Shown here: positions 43,041 to 53,700 of the stretch, in pieces
Layout: each line of letters starts with the position of its first letter
How positions within the stretch are numbered: position 1 is the first letter of the stretch
Assembly: GCA_934154445.1 (NCBI GenBank)
Contig: CAKPGC010000007.1
Location: forward strand, 5,763-69,762
Origin: an uncultured Clostridia bacterium
GTDB taxonomy: Bacteria > Bacillota > Clostridia > TANB77 > CAG-508
Reading direction: 5' to 3'
DNA: 64,000 nucleotides
Notes under the pieces: model-generated
Database searches by the model: none
What the model was told of the DNA's origin: nothing
The model's input: the letters and a program-made list of their open reading frames with translations, nothing else
Translations under genes and position numbers: made by a program

Positions 43041-45447
43041 TTACTCTTCTGTTTCTTGCGAATTTGTACTCATTTTTAATTCTTCAAGTCTTTCTTTTGT
43101 TATTAAGACTTCTCTTGGTTTACTTCCTTGATATCCAGAAATAATACCTCTTTCTTCCATCTGGTCTATAATCCTTCCAGCTCTTGCATATCCCACTTTA
43201 AATTTTCTTTGTATAAATGACGTTGATGCTTGTCCTTGTTCTACTACAGCATCTATTGCATCCATTAAAAATGGATCTGTGTCATCATCTTCGGCCTGTT
43301 CTTGTATTAATTCTTTTTCTGTTTTGTTGTTGTTTTCTATTGTTTCCAAAATGTCTTCACTATAATTTGCTGTTCCATTTTGTTTTATAAATCCAACTAT
43401 TTTTTCTACCTCTTCATCTGAAACAAATGCTCCTTGTACTCTTATTGGTTTTGGTGCTCCAGCAGGGAAAAATAGCATATCTCCTTTTCCTAATAGTTTT
43501 TCTGCTCCTACAGAGTCTAGAATAGTTCTTGAATCTACTTGTGATGATACTGCAAATGCTATTCTTGATGGAATATTTGCTTTAATTAGTCCAGTAATTA
43601 CATCAACAGATGGTCTTTGTGTTGCAATTACTAAATGCATTCCTGCTGCTCTTGCTTTTTGGGCTAATCTACATATTGATTCCTCAACATCTTTTGCTGC
43701 AACCATCATTAAATCTGCTAACTCATCTACTATTATTACTATTTGTGGTAATTTTCCCATTCCTTCTTCTTTTTCAATTGCTTTGTTGTAGCCTTTTATA
43801 TCTCTTACGCCTTTGGTTGCAAATAAATTATATCTATTATCCATTTCTTGTACAGCCCATGCAAGTGCTCCTGCTGCTTTTTTTGGATCTGTTACAACTG
43901 GTATTAATAAATGAGGTATTCCATTGTATACTGATAATTCAACAACTTTAGGATCTACCATTACCATTTTTACTTCACTTGGTTTAGCATTATAAATAAT
44001 ACTTGTAATTATAGTATTAATGCACACACTTTTTCCAGATCCTGTTGATCCTGCAATTAACACGTGAGGCATCTTTGCAATATCAGCTAGCTGTATATTT
44101 CCAGCAACGTCTTTTCCTAACGCAACTGTTAATTTTGATTTATTATTTTCGAATTCTTCACTTTCTAATACTTCTCTTAAATGTACAGCTTCTTTTTCTT
44201 TATTTGGTACTTCTATCCCTACTGCTTGTTTTCCAGGTATTGGTGCTTCAATTCTTATTGTTTCTGCAGCCAAATTTAGAGCTATATCATCTGCTAAATT
44301 TGCTATTTTACTTACTCTTACACCTTCAGCTGGTTTTAGTTCATATCTTGTAATTGCTGGTCCTACTGATACATTTTCAACTTTTGCTGATACTCCAAAG
44401 CTATATAACGTTTTCTGTAATTTGGTTGCTGTATCAGTTAAAGCTTTAGCTCCTCCTTTTAGTGTTTTTTTAGGCACTTTTCCTAATAATTCAAGTGGTG
44501 GATATTCATAATTTTCATCTTCTACTATCATTGCATGTTCTAACTGTAATACCTCTTTTGTTTTATCTTCTTTCTTTTCTTCTTCTTGTCTAAATAAATT
44601 ATTTTCTATAACGTCAGGCTGTATTAATTGGGCATTTTTGTTTTCTTTTGTTAATGGTATTAAATCATCATCTTTATGATCATATTTTTTCCTTTTTGTA
44701 GAATCTTCTTCATCTAAAATTCTTCCACCAAAATTGATTTTTATTTGTTCCCCAACATTTTCATTTTCTTTTGTTGGTTGTTTGTTTTTCTTTTTTTGTT
44801 CTATCATTTCTTGTCTTGCTTTTAATTGCTCTTCTTTTATTTTTTGTTTCTTTTCTAATCTTTCTTCTCTATTTTCTTCTGATTTTTCCACCATATTATT
44901 TATGATTTCAGACATGTTTATTCCAAATGTAAAGACTGCAAACATTATTACTACTCCAATACATAATATAGTAGCACCTATTTTTCCTAGTAGATTGACA
45001 AGTGGTGTAGCCAAAATTGCTCCAAGTGCTCCTCCTCCGTTTCCTTGAGCACCGTAAATTGTATGCATCTTTAACAACATTAGATAAATCTTTATCCAAT
45101 ATTGTCAATTCCCCTATATTTATTTGGTATACACTTATTAATACTGAAAAACTTATCAACAATACTGCATATTGTATTAATTTTGAAGATAAATATTCAT
45201 TATCAGCACACGCTATCTTTATAGCTATTGCAAATATTCCTATTGGTAAAACGTATTTTATAATTCCCATCATTCCGCCAAGAATCTCATTTAATTTTAT
45301 TCCTATTACTCCTGATTTTCCATAAATTAACACTCCTAATAATATGCTTAATATTATTAATGCTACTATAGTTAAATCAATATTTGATGCTCTTTTTTTT
45401 GCTGTTTTTCTTTTTTTATATTTTCTCTTTGCCATTTTTTCCTCCAA
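43041..45447 (-). pseudogene. ftsK: DNA translocase FtsK/SpoIIIE, split by a frameshift near 45050-45075
   Basis: The N-terminal 179-aa ORF (basic N-terminus plus TM helices typical of FtsK) overlaps the 679-aa ORF by ~170 nt in another frame. The 679-aa ORF holds the rest of the membrane domain, linker and motor. Confidence 0.75.
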
Positions 45448-45497
45448 AAATACAAGGAGAGAATAGACCTTCCTCCGTTTCCCTCCTTATTTTAAAT

Positions 45498-46019
45498 TTA
45501 ATTTAATTCTTTTCTACTATTTTGTACTGTTTTTAGTGTGTCTTCTATAGATATCTCCATTAATTTTAAAGCTTCTGAAATATTTTTTTCTAATCCTCCT
45601 AATGTTTGAGTTAAAACTTCTTCTGTATGTGCTAGCAATTCGTCTGCATATTCTTTTGTTCCATTTGAAATTTCTCTTGATCTTTCATTAGCATTTTCTA
45701 TTATTTCTTTTTTTTGTTCATAAGCTTTTCTTGTTATTTCATGTTCATCTATCATTGAAATTATTCTATTTTCTGCCTCTTTAACTATTCCATCAGCTTC
45801 TTTTTGAGCTTCTACTAAAATACGTTGTCTTTCTTCTTTTACCCATTTTGCTTGTTTTAATTCATCTGGAAGTTTTAATCTTATTTCTTTTATTAGGTCT
45901 AATATTTCTTCTTTATCAACCACACCTTTTGCAGAGAATGGTAAGTTTCTGCTTCTTTCTATTATGTCTTCTAAAGACTCCAATAGTTCAAATATTTCCA
46001 TGGTTTTACCCCTTTCCAA
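45498..46019 (-). CDS. Hypothetical acidic coiled-coil protein (173 aa)
   Basis: Predicted all-helical; overlaps the rsmD end by 14 nt, so likely co-transcribed. Confidence 0.5.
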   Translation of the reverse strand: MERGKTMEIFELLESLEDIIERSRNLPFSAKGVVDKEEILDLIKEIRLKLPDELKQAKWVKEERQRILVEAQKEADGIVKEAENRIISMIDEHEITRKAYEQKKEIIENANERSREISNGTKEYADELLAHTEEVLTQTLGGLEKNISEALKLMEISIEDTLKTVQNSRKELN

Positions 46020-46563
46020 TTTTTAAGAATATTAAGACTGCTCGTCCATACTTTCTTTTATCTATTATTTCAATTTGTCTTTTTTTTAATTTATCTAATA
46101 TTTGGTTTTCGTTATCAGTTTCTATAATTATTTTAGAATCTTCGTTAACTAAATTTTGGTTAATAAGAATATCAACTGATTTTATTGCAAAATCCGAATC
46201 ATAAGGTGGATCTATGTATACAATATCTACATTTTCGTTTATTTTTGTTTTTAATAACATTTCATAGTCTAAATTATATAATTCTACTTTTTTGCTTAAA
46301 TGTGTTTTTTCAATATTTTTGTTTATTATGTTTATAGCTTCTTTCGATTTATCGCATAAAATAACTTTTTTAGCTCCTCTACTTGCTGCTTCTAATCCTA
46401 TTGCTCCACTTCCAGAAAACACATCAAGAAATACTGAATCTTGTATATCATTTTGTATTATATTAAATAAGGATTCTTTCACTCTATCTAATGTGGGTCT
46501 TGTTGTTAGTCCTTCTAATGTATATAATTTTGTTCCTCTAGCTGTTCCACTTACTATTCTCAT
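46006..46563 (-). CDS. rsmD: 16S rRNA (guanine966-N2)-methyltransferase RsmD
   Basis: SAM motif DVFSGSGAIGLEA; 185 aa. Confidence 0.85.
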   Translation of the reverse strand: MRIVSGTARGTKLYTLEGLTTRPTLDRVKESLFNIIQNDIQDSVFLDVFSGSGAIGLEAASRGAKKVILCDKSKEAINIINKNIEKTHLSKKVELYNLDYEMLLKTKINENVDIVYIDPPYDSDFAIKSVDILINQNLVNEDSKIIIETDNENQILDKLKKRQIEIIDKRKYGRAVLIFLKIGKG

Positions 46564-46723
46564 TTTGCTTTTTCTCCTATGTTATAATTTTATTCTTTTT
46601 TTGTATAAAGTCAATAGAATTAATAGAATTGTAACATATATTTAATAGTTCTGTAATATTCTTCTTGTTTTGTAATATTTTTCTTATTTATTTTACATTT
46701 TTTTATTTTATATTCCCAAAAAT

Positions 46724-46757
46724 AAAAAAGACTACCTTCATAAGGTAGTTTTGTCTT
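46724..46757. terminator. Bidirectional intrinsic terminator downstream of divIVA
   Basis: aaaaaag-ACTACCTT-cat-AAGGTAGT-tttgtcttt. Confidence 0.7.
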
Positions 46758-46770
46758 TAGTATTTATATT

Positions 46771-47223
46771 TTAATCTTCTTTATTTATATCTTTTATCAA
46801 TTCTAATTGAGAAATCAATAAAGATTCCATTTTGGCTTTATATATATCAAATTGTTTTTTTACATCATCTAATTCTTTTTGTTTTAAAAGTATTTCATTA
46901 TTCAATTCATCAACTTGTTTTTGAGCATTGGCTTTTGCTTCTTCTACTATTTGGTCTGCTTTTTGTTTTGCAACATTTTTTACTTCCTCTGCTGTAGTTT
47001 GGGCCATTACAAGCGTATTTTGTAATGTAGATTCTATTGTTTTATATTGAACTAAACTATTATTTAATTCTTCAACTTTAGTTCTTAATTCATTAACTTC
47101 TTTGTAGTTTTTAGAATATTCCACTGTCAATTCATCTAAAAAATCATCTACTTCTTCCACACTATAACCATTTACCATTTGTTTTGCAAATCTTTTATTT
47201 TCTATATCTAAAGGTGTTATCAT
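46771..47223 (-). CDS. divIVA: Cell-division protein DivIVA
   Basis: N-terminal ITPLDIENKRFAKQMVNGYSVEEVDDFLD, then a coiled coil. Confidence 0.9.
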   Translation of the reverse strand: MITPLDIENKRFAKQMVNGYSVEEVDDFLDELTVEYSKNYKEVNELRTKVEELNNSLVQYKTIESTLQNTLVMAQTTAEEVKNVAKQKADQIVEEAKANAQKQVDELNNEILLKQKELDDVKKQFDIYKAKMESLLISQLELIKDINKED

Positions 47224-47253
47224 TTTTTCCTCCCCAATAGTAAAATTATACTA

Positions 47254-47739
47254 CTAATTATTTACATTATTATTTCTTAACCATGAAACTGATAATTTAT
47301 TTTTTATTTCTTCTCTTGCCATTTCATTTGTTATTTCATAATTTGATGGTGCTACTAAGAATATTGAATTTGATACTTTTTGGATATATCCATCTAAAGC
47401 ATAAACTCCACCACTTATAAAGTCCACAATTCTTCTTGCAACATCTTTATTTACATATTCTAAATTAACTATTACAGATTTTTTTTCTTTTAAAAATCCA
47501 CATATTTCATCAGATTGTTCAAATGTTGTTGGTTGAGAAATAACCATTTTTATTGCTTGACTTTGTGTTTGTGGCATATTTACAACTTTGTTGTTTCTTC
47601 TTCCAAATAGTTTTTTATCTTCTACTTCTTCTTCCTCATCATTTTCATAGTCATATATATCTTCATTATCATAATCTTCTGTTTCTGCTGAATCCATTCC
47701 AAATAAATTCCAAACCTTGTTCATTAATGCTCCTGACAT
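47254..47739 (-). CDS. sepF: Cell division protein SepF
   Basis: C-terminal SepF domain (VVNLEYVNKDVARRIVDFISGGVYALDG). Confidence 0.85.
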   Translation of the reverse strand: MSGALMNKVWNLFGMDSAETEDYDNEDIYDYENDEEEEVEDKKLFGRRNNKVVNMPQTQSQAIKMVISQPTTFEQSDEICGFLKEKKSVIVNLEYVNKDVARRIVDFISGGVYALDGYIQKVSNSIFLVAPSNYEITNEMAREEIKNKLSVSWLRNNNVNN

Positions 47740-47861
47740 AAAAAAACCTCCTAAAATAACTTTACATATTATGCTATAAGTATCTACTTTTTTTTATTTA
47801 TTGTCAATAGTTTTTATAAATGTAATAAAATTTTAATCTTTTTGTAATATTGTTGTAATAT

Positions 47862-49118
47862 TTATTCTATTTTACTTAAATCTGGGGTTAATATTATTTC
47901 ATCATAAATTGTTATACTTTTCATCGATTTTATATCGTCACTTGTAAATCCTAATTTTTTTAATTCATCTGTATCATAATTAGAAACTATAGAATATTTC
48001 TCATTTTTTCTTTTAATCTTCACCAATATTTTACTTAAATAGCCCGCTCTATTTCTAACAACATAATTTAATCCATTTTCTTCTACAATTGCTTGGTTTG
48101 GTACTTTTAATCCTGTACTACTCCACCAAATTAAATCAAATGAAATTTTTCTATAATTTGCAAGTTCACTTATTTGATTATTAATTTCAAGAATTATTAA
48201 TGTTTCTTCTTCGTTTTCTTGTGATATATATGATATCTTTGCATCAATTACTTTATTATTTGCTAGTCTTACCTTAACCTTATCTTCTAATTTTGCTTTT
48301 TTTGCCTCTTCTGAATTAGATATTGTAGCAATATAGCATTGAGAGCTATCAATTATTTTTCCGCATTCATCATTTGTCGCTATTAGCTGTCCCGTTTTTA
48401 ATTTTAAGCTTTCCAAAAATTCTTTATTTAATGTTGAAAAATTATTTGGTGTTAACGTTTCTTCTAACCCATCTACTTTATAAGAGACAACTCCACTTAT
48501 TGGTGCCTTAATATACTCCGCTCCAGAATTTAATTGTTCTTCGAGGCTGTTTCTTTGAGTATATAATTCTTTTAAATATGTTCCTGCAGCACTTGTTTCT
48601 CCAGATATTTTAGCTTTTTTAGTAATGATGTCATTTATTTGTTTCTTATATTCTGTTATTTTTGATATATCTGTCATTTTTCTTAGTGCTTCTACTTTTT
48701 CATCCAATTGATTTTCCAACAATTTCACGTCAGAGGAAAATGTACCTTTTTGGCCTTTCAATGCTTCTTGTATCTTTAAATCAAGTTCAGATATTTTTTG
48801 TTTAAGCTCATCTTCATTTTTGCTATAATATCTGTATATAGATTCTCCTTTTGCTGTTTTTTCCCCTTCATTTTTTATTTGTTCCATACCATTTTTATAG
48901 TTATTTCCTTTTACCACTTGTTCATTTCTTATAACATATCCTATATCTGTCTCTTCCAAGTATAAAGTACTTTTTTCTATTGTAACTTTATTTGTTGGTT
49001 CTTTTACAAGTAAATACACTGCATATATCAGATAAATTAACATTAAAAGGAACGCCACATATATAATTATTCTTTTACTATTAACTTTCTCTTTTCTTTT
49101 TTTATCTTCTTTTTTCAA
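47862..49118 (-). CDS. Membrane-anchored coiled-coil protein, HlyD/membrane-fusion-like
   Basis: N-terminal TM, long coiled coil, beta-rich C-terminus. Start overlaps the miaA stop (ATGA). Confidence 0.4.
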   Translation of the reverse strand: MKKEDKKRKEKVNSKRIIIYVAFLLMLIYLIYAVYLLVKEPTNKVTIEKSTLYLEETDIGYVIRNEQVVKGNNYKNGMEQIKNEGEKTAKGESIYRYYSKNEDELKQKISELDLKIQEALKGQKGTFSSDVKLLENQLDEKVEALRKMTDISKITEYKKQINDIITKKAKISGETSAAGTYLKELYTQRNSLEEQLNSGAEYIKAPISGVVSYKVDGLEETLTPNNFSTLNKEFLESLKLKTGQLIATNDECGKIIDSSQCYIATISNSEEAKKAKLEDKVKVRLANNKVIDAKISYISQENEEETLIILEINNQISELANYRKISFDLIWWSSTGLKVPNQAIVEENGLNYVVRNRAGYLSKILVKIKRKNEKYSIVSNYDTDELKKLGFTSDDIKSMKSITIYDEIILTPDLSKIE

Positions 49119-50032
49119 CTTATTCCCTCCAAAATAATATTTATATTATTTTGTAAATTATTTGTTCCATCAAGCCATATTGTTTGTTTATTTTTTCTAA
49201 ACCATGTCAATTGTCTTTTTGCATATCTTCTTGTTTCCATTTTGATTTTGTCTATCATCTCTTCTTTTGTATAAATTCCATTTATATAATCAACTACCTC
49301 TTTATATCCTAATCCTTGCATTGCAGTTGGAAACTTATCATATTTTTCTAAGATATTTTTTACTTCGTCGATCAATCCTTGTTCTATCATTATATCTACT
49401 CTCTTATTTATCCTTTGATATAATGTTTCTCTATCCCAATTTATTGCAAATACTTTATAATCAAATTCAACTGGTTTTTTTCTTGATTCTAATTCTTGTT
49501 CTGTCTTTGTTTTTCCTGTAGATTTATATATTTCTAAAACTCTCATAATTCTTTTTTTGTCATTTATGCTTATTTTTTCCATTGCAATTGGATCTATTTG
49601 CATAGCTTTTTTATACAATTTTTCTAAGCCTTGTTTTTCTATTATTTTTTCTAATTCTTTTCTATAATTTTCATCAATCTTTATATCATTATATTCTATC
49701 TCATATATTAAACTGTCTATATAAAGTCCTGTTCCACCAACTATTATAGGTATCTTACCTTTTGCTATAATCTCTTTTATTGCATTTTTGGCGTCTTGTT
49801 TGTACTGTGCGACACTATATCTTTCATTTGGAGATACAAAATCCAAAAGATAATGTTTTATTCCTTGCATTTCTTCCTTTGTTGGTTTTGCAGTTCCAAT
49901 ATTCATTTCCTTATATATTTGCATAGAATCTGCTGATATTATTTCTCCATTAATCTTTTTTGCCAGTTCTATGGAAAGTGCTGTTTTTCCTGAAGCCGTC
50001 GGCCCACATATAACTATAACTTTTTTCTTCAT
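49115..50032 (-). CDS. miaA: tRNA dimethylallyltransferase MiaA
   Basis: P-loop GPTASGKT; 305 aa. Confidence 0.95.
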   Translation of the reverse strand: MKKKVIVICGPTASGKTALSIELAKKINGEIISADSMQIYKEMNIGTAKPTKEEMQGIKHYLLDFVSPNERYSVAQYKQDAKNAIKEIIAKGKIPIIVGGTGLYIDSLIYEIEYNDIKIDENYRKELEKIIEKQGLEKLYKKAMQIDPIAMEKISINDKKRIMRVLEIYKSTGKTKTEQELESRKKPVEFDYKVFAINWDRETLYQRINKRVDIMIEQGLIDEVKNILEKYDKFPTAMQGLGYKEVVDYINGIYTKEEMIDKIKMETRRYAKRQLTWFRKNKQTIWLDGTNNLQNNINIILEGIS

Positions 50033-50043
50033 GTTAACTACTC

Positions 50044-50469
50044 CTATTTATTAATGATACTTAAAATTCCTTGCTGAACGCTTCCTAAATACAAACTTTC
50101 AAACATTCCTACTATTAAAATTATAACTAATAAAATTATAATACTTTTCTTGATTTGTTCTTTTTTTGCCTTTCCACTATTTATTTGTTCTATTTTTTTA
50201 AATGAGTAAGGTAATATTACATAACTATTTACTATTGTAAAAAGGGATACAAAAACAGTTTGGATTAATTTCATTGTTTCTTTATTTTCATAGGTAATTC
50301 CAATTTTAGATATATTGTATATTATAAATGTTATTATATATACAATAACTAATCCTCCTACTATGTATGTACATTTAGCTGAATTTTCAATACTGCCTAA
50401 GTTGTGCCATGTCCATCTTAATAAAACTAAGAGTAATATTACAACTATTAAAATTATTATCCAGGTCAT
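50044..50469 (-). CDS. Hypothetical small integral membrane protein (141 aa, 4 TM)
   Basis: Four hydrophobic helices; located between mutL and miaA. Confidence 0.5.
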   Translation of the reverse strand: MTWIIILIVVILLLVLLRWTWHNLGSIENSAKCTYIVGGLVIVYIITFIIYNISKIGITYENKETMKLIQTVFVSLFTIVNSYVILPYSFKKIEQINSGKAKKEQIKKSIIILLVIILIVGMFESLYLGSVQQGILSIINK

Positions 50470-50522
50470 ATTTTTCTCCCCTCTTCTAATTTTGGTTTAT
50501 TGTTATATATTTTTCTATAAAG

Positions 50523-52889
50523 CTATTTTCTTGCAAATTTTCTTTCTATATCATATTTGCTCATTTTTATAGCAGTAGGTCTTCCGTGTGGACATGTAAA
50601 TGGATTTGGAAGTTCTAATAATTTGTCCATCAAACTTTCTACTTCGGCTTTATCTAATACCATATTTGCTTTAACTGCTGCTTTGCATGCTACTGTTGCT
50701 ATGAACTTTTCTTCTTTTTCTTGTTTTGCTGTTCTTGCTACTGTATTTATTTCATCCAATGTTTCTAAAAATAGTTCTTTGTTATCTATATCTATGCAAA
50801 TTGTTGGCACTCCTGTTAATTTTATTGTGTTCTCTCCAAATTCTTCCAAACAAAATCCTGCATTTTCAAACATTTCAATATTATCTTTTGCGATTTCCAT
50901 TTCTTTGTGAGATAGAGTTATTATATCTGGTAATAATAGCATTTGTGAATCCTTTGTTCCTTCGCTATAATAGTTTTTCTTTACTTTTTCATACATAATT
51001 CTTTCATGTGCTGCATGTTGGTCTATTATGTACATTTCTTTATCCATCTCTATTATTATGTATGTATTAAATACTATTCCTATAAACTTATAGATTGGTT
51101 TTTTATACTCTTCATTTTCTTCAAATACAGACATATTGTCTTTGATTAAATCAATTGTTGTATCTTTTGGTTTTTGTTCTATTTCATCATTATTGTTTAA
51201 TATTGGTTTTGTACCAAATAATTTTTCATACATTTCATTAAAGTCTATAGGTGTTTTATCTTCATATTGGTTGTTTTCTAATTCATGTATTTGCTCTTTT
51301 ATCTTTTCTATTTTTTCTTCTGTCTCTGATGTCTCTTTTATTGTTTCTGCATCCGCTTTTTCATTTCTATTTTCTTCTACATTTTCTTTTTTTGGCTCTT
51401 CAACAATTTCTTCCGTGCTTTCTTTTTTTGGTTCTTCAGCAATTTCTTCCGTGCTTTCTTTTCTTGGTTCTTCTGAAATTTCTTCTGAATTTTCTTTTTT
51501 TGGCTCTTCTGAAATTTCTTCTGCATTTTCTTTTTTTGGCTCTTCTACATTTTCTTCTAACTTGTTATTTGGTTCTTCTTTTGGTGTATCTGTCTTGGTA
51601 AATATGTCTGTTTCTAAATTCTCTTTCATTTCCACATAGTTTTCATTTAACTTTATTGTAGGATTTTCCTCAACTTGTTTTTCAAGATCTTTCTGCATCT
51701 TTCTTAATTGTTCAAGTACGTCTGCTGTGTTCACTGGGCCTCCTTGTCCCATTTTTAAAGTATCTTGAACATTGGTTTTTATTTTACTTTCTTCTTCATT
51801 ATATTGTTCTATTTTCTTTGTTTCATTTTTTCTAAAATCGAACAATCCTTGTGATTTGTTTTCTTCTTTTATTTCTTGTTTTTCAGTATTAGCAACTAAT
51901 TCACTTTTTAATAGAGTGTCTTTTATTGCATGATATATTGATTGAAAAATTTTATTTTCTTCCTCAAACCTTACTTCTAATTTAGCTGGATGTACATTTA
52001 CATCTACCTTAGATGGATTCATATTTATATTTAAAATGACAAATCCAAATTTTCCTATTGGAATTAAGCCTTTAAATGCTTGTTCCGTTGCTGCTGATAA
52101 TGTTTTGTCTTTTATATATCTTTTATTGACAAAAAATAATTGATTTGACCTATTTGATCTTGCTATCTCAGGTTTTCCTATTACACCTGAAATTTTTATA
52201 TCTTCATAAGTATATTCAACTGGCAATACTCCTGTAGCTACATCTTTTCCATATATACTATATATCACACTTTTTATGTCTCCATTTCCATTTGTCTGGA
52301 TTACTGTTTTTCCTGTATTTATTAATTTTATAGCTATATCAGGGTTTACTAAAGCGATTCTTGTAATTACATCTTCAACATATCCTGATTCTGTATAATC
52401 CTTTTTTAAGAACTTATATCTTACTGGAGTATTAAAAAATAAATTCTTAACTGTTATTGATGTTCCTGTTTGACAGCCAACCTCTTGCTTATCTAACACA
52501 TTCCCCGCTTCTACTACTATTTTGTATCCTGTATCTTGACTTTCAGTTTTAGATATCATTTCAACATTTGCTATTGCTGCAATACTTGCCAAGGCTTCTC
52601 CTCTGAATCCCATTGATGTCACAACGTCTAAGTCTTCTGCACTCCTTATTTTACTTGTTGCATGTCTTTCGAATGCAATTTCTAAATCATCTGGTGCAAT
52701 TCCTTTACCATTGTCAGTTACCTTTATAAATGAAATTCCTCCATTTCTTATTTCTACTGTTATGTTATTTGCTCCTGCGTCTATAGAGTTTTCCACCATT
52801 TCCTTTATTACTGAAGCTGGTCTTTCTATAACTTCTCCAGCTGCTATTTTATTTATAGTTAAGTCATCTAGTAATACTATGTTTCCCAT
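50523..52889 (-). CDS. mutL: DNA mismatch repair protein MutL, with a repetitive acidic linker
   Basis: GHKL ATPase N-terminus (INKIAAGEVIERPASVIKEMVENSIDA); C-terminal dimerisation domain; start at MGNIVLLDD (GGAGGT SD). Confidence 0.95.
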   Translation of the reverse strand: MGNIVLLDDLTINKIAAGEVIERPASVIKEMVENSIDAGANNITVEIRNGGISFIKVTDNGKGIAPDDLEIAFERHATSKIRSAEDLDVVTSMGFRGEALASIAAIANVEMISKTESQDTGYKIVVEAGNVLDKQEVGCQTGTSITVKNLFFNTPVRYKFLKKDYTESGYVEDVITRIALVNPDIAIKLINTGKTVIQTNGNGDIKSVIYSIYGKDVATGVLPVEYTYEDIKISGVIGKPEIARSNRSNQLFFVNKRYIKDKTLSAATEQAFKGLIPIGKFGFVILNINMNPSKVDVNVHPAKLEVRFEEENKIFQSIYHAIKDTLLKSELVANTEKQEIKEENKSQGLFDFRKNETKKIEQYNEEESKIKTNVQDTLKMGQGGPVNTADVLEQLRKMQKDLEKQVEENPTIKLNENYVEMKENLETDIFTKTDTPKEEPNNKLEENVEEPKKENAEEISEEPKKENSEEISEEPRKESTEEIAEEPKKESTEEIVEEPKKENVEENRNEKADAETIKETSETEEKIEKIKEQIHELENNQYEDKTPIDFNEMYEKLFGTKPILNNNDEIEQKPKDTTIDLIKDNMSVFEENEEYKKPIYKFIGIVFNTYIIIEMDKEMYIIDQHAAHERIMYEKVKKNYYSEGTKDSQMLLLPDIITLSHKEMEIAKDNIEMFENAGFCLEEFGENTIKLTGVPTICIDIDNKELFLETLDEINTVARTAKQEKEEKFIATVACKAAVKANMVLDKAEVESLMDKLLELPNPFTCPHGRPTAIKMSKYDIERKFARK
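51352..51575. repeat. In-frame 33-nt tandem repeat (~6 units) inside the mutL linker, encoding EEPKKEN(S/A)EEI repeats
   Basis: Seen as ttctttttttggctcttc[a/t]..aatttcttc[c/t]g units on the plus strand. The protein has 6 x ~11-aa repeats. Confidence 0.85.
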
Positions 52890-53031
52890 TAATATGACCT
52901 CCATTTTTTACTTTTCTATTTGATGCTATTATATCATTACTTTTTTTATTTTGTATAGTTATTTTTTAAATTTTTTTAATATAAAATAGTTGATATACTA
53001 ATATATCAACTATTTATTGTTTTATTCTATA

Positions 53032-53688
53032 TTATTTAGTTGTTTCATCTGCTATTTTCTTTTCCAAATCCCCATCAAATTTAGTTGTACAAATATATGT
53101 TGATAGCATATAAACTATCAATATTGTTGGGATTGTGAATCCGCCTATTGGCATTCTGGTAATTGCCATAACTCCTAATAGGACTAATTGTGATAAAACT
53201 ATTATTCCTATTGCTTGTGTTAAAATTTCAAATGAGTTTAACTTATTATATCTAATAACTAAATATGCTAAAATAACTATAGTAGCTATTCCGAATGGTA
53301 TTATATATGGTTTTATAATATCTCTTCCTCTTATATGTGATACATCTTCAATTGTTATATTATCTGAAGATAATTCTGTACCATATTTTTCATTAATTTT
53401 TGATACCAATTCATTTTTTTGTTCTTCAGTAATTTCAGTTGTAGTAATGCTTACTGCATCTTTATATACTTCTATTGGTCTAATAATTACTGGTTGTCCT
53501 TCAAACACTTCATTTGTTATTTCTTTTATATCTTTTTCCTCAAATTGTTTTCCTAAATTAAGCTCAACTTGTTTGCTATCTTGATATTTTAATTCAAAGG
53601 CTAATCCTTTTGTATAAATCATAATAGCGCCTAATACTAATATAATTGCTATTAATATTACTAAAATCTTTGTACTTTTTTGTTTCAT
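53032..53688 (-). CDS. SecF-like membrane protein (218 aa), divergent. Assignment uncertain.
   Basis: N-terminal TM, ~110-aa extracytoplasmic domain, then ~3 TM helices. Immediately follows the SecD-like gene. Confidence 0.35.
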   Translation of the reverse strand: MKQKSTKILVILIAIILVLGAIMIYTKGLAFELKYQDSKQVELNLGKQFEEKDIKEITNEVFEGQPVIIRPIEVYKDAVSITTTEITEEQKNELVSKINEKYGTELSSDNITIEDVSHIRGRDIIKPYIIPFGIATIVILAYLVIRYNKLNSFEILTQAIGIIVLSQLVLLGVMAITRMPIGGFTIPTILIVYMLSTYICTTKFDGDLEKKIADETTK

Positions 53689-53700
53689 GATTCATACCTC

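Noticed and set aside
45498-46019. Assigning the 173-aa coiled-coil protein as an ATP-synthase/V-ATPase subunit
   Set aside because: The only basis is a vague compositional resemblance with no motif support; left as hypothetical.
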